A program made the translations under genes and the position numbers. Under the pieces are notes generated by a model. It was given only the letters and a program-made list of their open reading frames with translations, did no database searches and had not been told where the DNA came from. Below, piece by piece: positions 59,421 through 64,000 of a DNA stretch of 64,000 nt. The stretch's first letter is position 1, and each line of letters starts with the position of its first letter. Source of the DNA: an uncultured Chloroflexia bacterium (GTDB taxonomy: Bacteria > Chloroflexota > Chloroflexia > Chloroflexales > Herpetosiphonaceae); the NCBI GenBank assembly GCA_963767035.1, contig CAVYBW010000001.1:2246547-2310546 (forward strand). The letters are read 5' to 3'.

Positions 59421-61787
59421 TTAATCAAGTTGAATTTGCAAATTCAAACTCTCATCTGTTTCAAGCTGTAACGTCGCCACACGCTGCACTGAATCGTAGC
59501 TCGCACCAACCAACGTTGCTGCACTTGCGGCGCTGATGCCATGAATGCGAAGCTGAAGCTTGCGCGAGTCAGGCCTAAAATCGCCCTCACGCAACGAACT
59601 GTGAACCGTCAGGGTTTGTTGATCAAGGCTAATTTGATAGGTGATCAGTGCTGATTTACCTTGTTGATACTCAAAACTCACACCATCATCTTCATACAAA
59701 CTGAACGAACCATTGCCCGGATAACACTCCAAGTTCAGGCTCGCGGATACTTGACCTGTGTGTTGGCTCCTGGCTGAGCCAAATGGCAAGATGCTGCCAG
59801 CCCGCACATACAAGGGCATGCGTTCGAGAGGTGCATCAGCCAACAAATGTGTTGGGCCTTCAATTAACTCGTTTGTCCACCAATCGTACCACTGGCCAGC
59901 TGGCAAATAGACATGGCGCTGAGTTTTGCCCGGCTGATAGATCGGCGCAGCCAAGAGTGCCGAGCCAAGCATCACCTGATCATGCAATTGATAGGTCGCG
60001 GGATCGTTGGGAAATTCATACAGCAATGGCCGCAAAATTGGCGCAGCATCGTGCGAACTTTGCCAAAACAGCGTGTACAAATAGGGCAATAATTGATAGC
60101 GCAACTGCAAATATTGGCGACAAATTGCCTCGACTTCAGGGCCAAATTGCCAAGGCTCATGCGGCGCGGTATCGGTGTGGGAGTGGCCGCGACAAAATGG
60201 CATCAGAATGCCAAATTGCATCCAGCGCGCAAATAATTCAGGGCTAGCGTTATCGAAAAAGCCACCAATATCGGTGCCAACAAATGGCACGCCCGAAAGC
60301 CCCATATTGACCAATTGCGAGATCGCTAGCTCTAAATGCTCCCAGCGCGAGGCATTATCGCCCATCCAGCAGGCACTCCAGCGCTGAATCCCAGCATAGC
60401 CCGAGCGAGTCAGCACAAACGGGCGTTGGTTGCTGGCCTCGCGGATGCCTGCATAGGCCGCTTGCGCCATGCCCAAGCCATACAAATTATGCATTTCGGC
60501 GTGGGTTGTACGCTCGTTCTCTGGGCCTTGAATTGCATCAAGCTCGATTGGATGCGGCGTGCTGCCACCTTGGCTAAAGGGCATGGTAAACACCGTTGGC
60601 TCGTTCATATCGTTCCAGATGCCACTGATGCCAATTTCGATCAGGCGGCGTTGCATGCTTGCCCACCAAGCCTGCACATCGGGGCGGCTAAAATCGGGAA
60701 AGACCGAATCGTCGGGCCAAACATAGCCATGAAAAATCTCACCATTGGCGCGGCGAATAAAGCTGTTGTGCTCAAGCCCTGAATGATAGACTGCATACTC
60801 GGGATCGATTTTGACCCCTGGATCGACAATATTGACCAAGCGAATCTGTTGCTCAGCCAAATCCTGCACCATTGCCGCTGGATCAGGGAAGCGCTGCGGG
60901 TTCCAAGTAAAATCGCGATAGCCATCCATATGGTCAATATCAAGGTGAATCACATCACATGGTAATTGGCGTTGGCGAAATTCTTGGGCTAGTTGGCGAA
61001 TTTGGGTTGCCGAATTGTAGCCCCAGCGGCTTTGATGATAGCCCAAGGCCCAGCGCGGTGGCAGTGGCGTTGTGCCAAGCAAGCGCCCAAACGATTGCAA
61101 TACCTCGGCAGGCGTTGGCCCAAAACAAAGGTAATAATCAAGTTCGCCGCCATCAATGCTCATGCTCCAAGTATTTGGGTTTTCTACGCCAATATCAAAG
61201 CGGCTATGCCATGTATTATTCAAAAACACGCCATAGGCTAAGCCTTGACGCAGCGCCAAAAAACTGGGAATCGCAATATACAAGGGATCGGTACCAGGTG
61301 CGTAGCGATGCTGATCGGTTGTCCAGTTGGTGCGGGTCAGGCCACGCTGGTTGAGTTGGCCTGAACGTTCGCCAAACCCATAAAAAAACTCTTGGGGATG
61401 TAACTGCTTGCGGCACGTTATCGAGCTATGAGTATCCGACCAGCTTAATCCTTCGGCATCGCTGCAAAACTGCTGATCGTCAGCGGTGTAGAAACTCATT
61501 CGGCCTGTGCTACGCTCAATTTTCAGGGTCAGTTTGGCCGTGCGCAACACCAAGCCTTGTTCGGTCTCGCTGAGCGTCGTATCAACTGGGGTAAAGTCGG
61601 CATCGGGTGCAACCACCGCCCACGAACGACGCTTGGCAAAACGGCCATCAGGTGCTAAACGCAGCCGAATAATCGTATCGCTTAATATGCTAATGGCTAC
61701 CTTTGGGCCGCCATACTCTAACATCAACGTTTGCGCACCGTGATCATACGATTGCAACACAGTTAACGATTGCGAAAGAATGGGCAT
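59421..61787 (-). CDS. Glycoside hydrolase family 31 alpha-glucosidase.
   Basis: Catalytic nucleophile motif GIWNDMNEP and acid/base region WMGDN. Start MPILSQS (the ORF track extends to 61862). Confidence 0.85.
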   Translation of the reverse strand: MPILSQSLTVLQSYDHGAQTLMLEYGGPKVAISILSDTIIRLRLAPDGRFAKRRSWAVVAPDADFTPVDTTLSETEQGLVLRTAKLTLKIERSTGRMSFYTADDQQFCSDAEGLSWSDTHSSITCRKQLHPQEFFYGFGERSGQLNQRGLTRTNWTTDQHRYAPGTDPLYIAIPSFLALRQGLAYGVFLNNTWHSRFDIGVENPNTWSMSIDGGELDYYLCFGPTPAEVLQSFGRLLGTTPLPPRWALGYHQSRWGYNSATQIRQLAQEFRQRQLPCDVIHLDIDHMDGYRDFTWNPQRFPDPAAMVQDLAEQQIRLVNIVDPGVKIDPEYAVYHSGLEHNSFIRRANGEIFHGYVWPDDSVFPDFSRPDVQAWWASMQRRLIEIGISGIWNDMNEPTVFTMPFSQGGSTPHPIELDAIQGPENERTTHAEMHNLYGLGMAQAAYAGIREASNQRPFVLTRSGYAGIQRWSACWMGDNASRWEHLELAISQLVNMGLSGVPFVGTDIGGFFDNASPELFARWMQFGILMPFCRGHSHTDTAPHEPWQFGPEVEAICRQYLQLRYQLLPYLYTLFWQSSHDAAPILRPLLYEFPNDPATYQLHDQVMLGSALLAAPIYQPGKTQRHVYLPAGQWYDWWTNELIEGPTHLLADAPLERMPLYVRAGSILPFGSARSQHTGQVSASLNLECYPGNGSFSLYEDDGVSFEYQQGKSALITYQISLDQQTLTVHSSLREGDFRPDSRKLQLRIHGISAASAATLVGASYDSVQRVATLQLETDESLNLQIQLD

Positions 61788-61901
61788 ATCACTGTGCTCC
61801 TCAAAGGGTTGGCATTGCCAATTGAGTTCAAAAATACGACAGGAAATGGAGCAGCGCCCCACTTCCTGTGCTGAAACTTTGCTGGATTGCTCAGATTAAA
61901 C

Positions 61902-63764
61902 TTACCAGCCACGATTGCCTGTAGCTTTGGTGAGGGTGAATTGCCCGGGCAATGGGTTGGAGATCAGCCCATTTTGGCCTGGATTAATCACCGTCACATT
62001 GCCAAACTCGGCACTCCCTTGGGCGCTGGTGCTGAGCAAAATTCCAGCGGTAGCAGGATTGGTGATGGTAATATTGTGCAGGGAAATTGCCTGTAGTTTG
62101 GCTGAACCCTGCAAATGAATGCCAGCAAAGGTTGGGCTATCGATCAGTAAATCGTTAACCACCACGCCTTGCACCACGCCTTCGGCAGCGTGCAGCTTAA
62201 ACGCGCCATGCTCTTGATTCCACATCGATCCACCAGCCCGAATTAACGAATTGCGTTCGATCTGAATTGTGCCCGAAAATGGATGCGATTTGAATTGTTG
62301 GGCAATCAGAATCCCTGGGTAGGTCACCACATCGGCACAGATGTTATCTTCGATCCGAATATCTTTACCACCATAGACAGCTAAACAATTAGCCCGCCAT
62401 GGCACTTGAATCGTATTGAAGCGAAAAACGTTGTTGGTGTTGAGGCCACCGTCGAAGGCAGGTGACCACGAGGCCAAAGCATCGTCGCCAGTATTGCGAA
62501 AATGCGAGTTCTCGACCACTGAGTTGCTGCTGCCATTACAAAGGTTCACGCCATCGGCAAATAGGTTGCGAAAACGACTATTGCGAATCACCAAACCATC
62601 GGTGACGTTTTTATCGCCCTCGCCAACCCACCAGCCAACTTTGGTATGCTCAACCCAAACGTTTTCCAACAGCGAATCTTTGCCCGCGCCGCCGTTGAAG
62701 GCATTTTCAGGGTTAGAATCCTGACGGGTTTGGGTTGCGCCAATAATTGCCAAATCGTGAAAGCGACAGCGATCGCCAGTGCAATAAAACCTGGCCCACG
62801 GCCCGCGCACCTGCGAATACCACATGCCAGCGCCGCGAATCGTCAGATTGGCAACGGGCATGCCCATGCGTTGGCTGGCTGGCGAAAGCAAATCAAAACT
62901 ACCAACAGGAACCCACAGCCCTTGACCAGCTGCTTGAGCTTGGTCAATACAGGCTTCGAAAGCGGCGCGATCATCACGTTGATCGTCGGCAATCGCCCCA
63001 CAATCGGCGGTTAATGAGATAAAGCCTGCTGGTTGCTCAAGCGCCGGGCCAACCAATTCCAGATCAAGCAGATCGATCACATAAAAGTCGGCTTGATCAT
63101 CAGCATCTTTTTGCAATTTCAAGCGTGAACCAGCGGGAATTTCGCCAACCAATGCGCGTACTTCATCGAAAAAGGCGTGCCCGCCACCAGATCCGGGATG
63201 ATTATCGGTGGCTGTCGCTCCGCCATACACCCACGCAAAGCGCGATGTCAACGGCAATTTTTGGCGAAATACATCATCGACATACAAACTCAAGGTTGCG
63301 CTGATCCCGCCGCCTTGAGGCGCATCGGGAATCGCATAGCGCACCACCAGCGAGTTTGCCGCTGCGGTCGTGGTAATTTGAATATACTGACCATGCGCTT
63401 TCAGTTCAACGCTTTGCCGCCCAGACGATTCAGCTGCTAGCGTGCCAAACTCGCGACTAGGGCCAAGGATTGTGGCCTTGCCGGTTCCATGTTCAGCCTC
63501 GTATTCCTGCCATGGCACGTTCGCACCGCGTTGTGGCGGCGTAACACTGGTGGCAGTCATCAGTTGATTGGTTGGCGCTGCTGGTACAGGCGTGCTGGCC
63601 GCAATTTGTGATTGATCACTGCTTGCAATCCATAAGCGTGTGATTAACCCAGCGCTGATTACCAGTAGTAGGAGCATAAGCAGCTGTTTTGGTTGGCGCA
63701 ACCTCGTAAGGATGCTCACATGCGTTCCTCCTCGAACACAGGCTGGGAGCTTCGCCAGAAGCAA
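61902..63764 (-). CDS. Secreted right-handed parallel beta-helix (pectate-lyase-fold) protein.
   Basis: N-terminal TM/signal LLMLLLLVISAGLITRLWIA. Repeated NxxxxN/VxNS coils (IRNSRFRN, VENSHFRN, IEDNICADV). Confidence 0.6.
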   Translation of the reverse strand: MLLAKLPACVRGGTHVSILTRLRQPKQLLMLLLLVISAGLITRLWIASSDQSQIAASTPVPAAPTNQLMTATSVTPPQRGANVPWQEYEAEHGTGKATILGPSREFGTLAAESSGRQSVELKAHGQYIQITTTAAANSLVVRYAIPDAPQGGGISATLSLYVDDVFRQKLPLTSRFAWVYGGATATDNHPGSGGGHAFFDEVRALVGEIPAGSRLKLQKDADDQADFYVIDLLDLELVGPALEQPAGFISLTADCGAIADDQRDDRAAFEACIDQAQAAGQGLWVPVGSFDLLSPASQRMGMPVANLTIRGAGMWYSQVRGPWARFYCTGDRCRFHDLAIIGATQTRQDSNPENAFNGGAGKDSLLENVWVEHTKVGWWVGEGDKNVTDGLVIRNSRFRNLFADGVNLCNGSSNSVVENSHFRNTGDDALASWSPAFDGGLNTNNVFRFNTIQVPWRANCLAVYGGKDIRIEDNICADVVTYPGILIAQQFKSHPFSGTIQIERNSLIRAGGSMWNQEHGAFKLHAAEGVVQGVVVNDLLIDSPTFAGIHLQGSAKLQAISLHNITITNPATAGILLSTSAQGSAEFGNVTVINPGQNGLISNPLPGQFTLTKATGNRGW

Positions 63765-63939
63765 TCGGCAATTGGAAACGCTGACGGGGTTATTAAATCA
63801 ATTCTATCCCGCAGTCGCTCAGGAAGATTATGGCTTGGCTGTGAGTATAGACAGTTGTGCTGGGTTTAGCGTTCAAATAGCGTTCAAAGATAGAACAACG
63901 AAGGTAGAGCATCCATGGCTGCTATGCACTATCGGAACA

Positions 63940-64000
63940 TTGTGTGGCAGCTCAATAATTCCGATAGCCAACAGCCCATAGCCCTTCTTGTCCTTCGTGG
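63940..64000. repeat. Partial mosaic intergenic repeat (modules C and B) at the window edge.
   Basis: ccgatagccaacagcccatagccc followed by ttcttgtccttcgtgg. Confidence 0.6.

Noticed and set aside
1-64000. Defence systems (RM, CRISPR-Cas, TA, Abi) and mobile-element genes (transposase, integrase, phage).
   Set aside because: I scanned all ORFs of 60 aa or more. None shows nuclease/methylase, Cas, toxin-antitoxin, transposase DDE or integrase motifs. The only mobility signals are repeat footprints.

Overview
This window looks like an ordinary bacterial chromosomal region of about 50% GC with roughly 60 genes on both strands. The gene content (a nuo complex I module, a Gram-positive-type sufCDSUB cluster with a SufR regulator, GC-rich hairpin repeats, gliding-type ABC-2 genes, and a secreted nuclease) suggests a filamentous Chloroflexi such as Herpetosiphon, but that is inference only.

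Left third:
- A partial VWA gene at the window edge.
- A TPR protein with four MshEN-type c-di-GMP-binding motifs.
- A CoA-disulfide-reductase-family flavoprotein, an acyltransferase, and a sirtuin.
- The ATPase ComM/YifB.
- An MsbA-like ABC exporter with a frameshift.
- Lon protease.
- nuoIJKLMN on the minus strand; NuoL carries a His-rich loop insertion.
- A COG0523 metallochaperone GTPase.
- Two tandem tRNA-Asn genes.

Middle:
- A DMT transporter, a lipoprotein, a WD40 protein, and two NUDIX hydrolases.
- A low-GC membrane protein.
- A MerR regulator overlapping a small membrane protein.
- proB, a histidine phosphatase and proA, separated by a perfect (CCTCATC)13 microsatellite.
- secA.
- A divergent TetR/NmrA pair.
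- The cluster sufR-sufC-sufD(frameshifted)-[GxxExxY insertion]-sufS-sufU-sufB-Rieske-rhodanese.

Right third:
- A tRNA Leu-Val-Phe cluster.
- A GNAT acetyltransferase and two secreted parallel beta-helix proteins.
- An ExeM/NucH-type extracellular nuclease and a PQQ-type beta-propeller lipoprotein.
- Three tandem paralogous small membrane proteins of unknown family.
- A translationally coupled operon of a large GldG-like membrane protein, an ABC ATPase with an in-frame TAA, and an ABC-2 permease.
- A GH31 alpha-glucosidase.

The most unusual signals are a modular dispersed intergenic repeat family present at 10 or more loci, the heptamer microsatellite, and three apparent disruptions of conserved genes. 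There is also a GxxExxY ORF, bracketed by inverted repeat modules, inserted inside the suf operon. The best candidate for a novel system is the membrane-protein triplet plus the downstream ABC-2 locus. I found no CRISPR arrays, transposases, integrases or recognisable defence systems.
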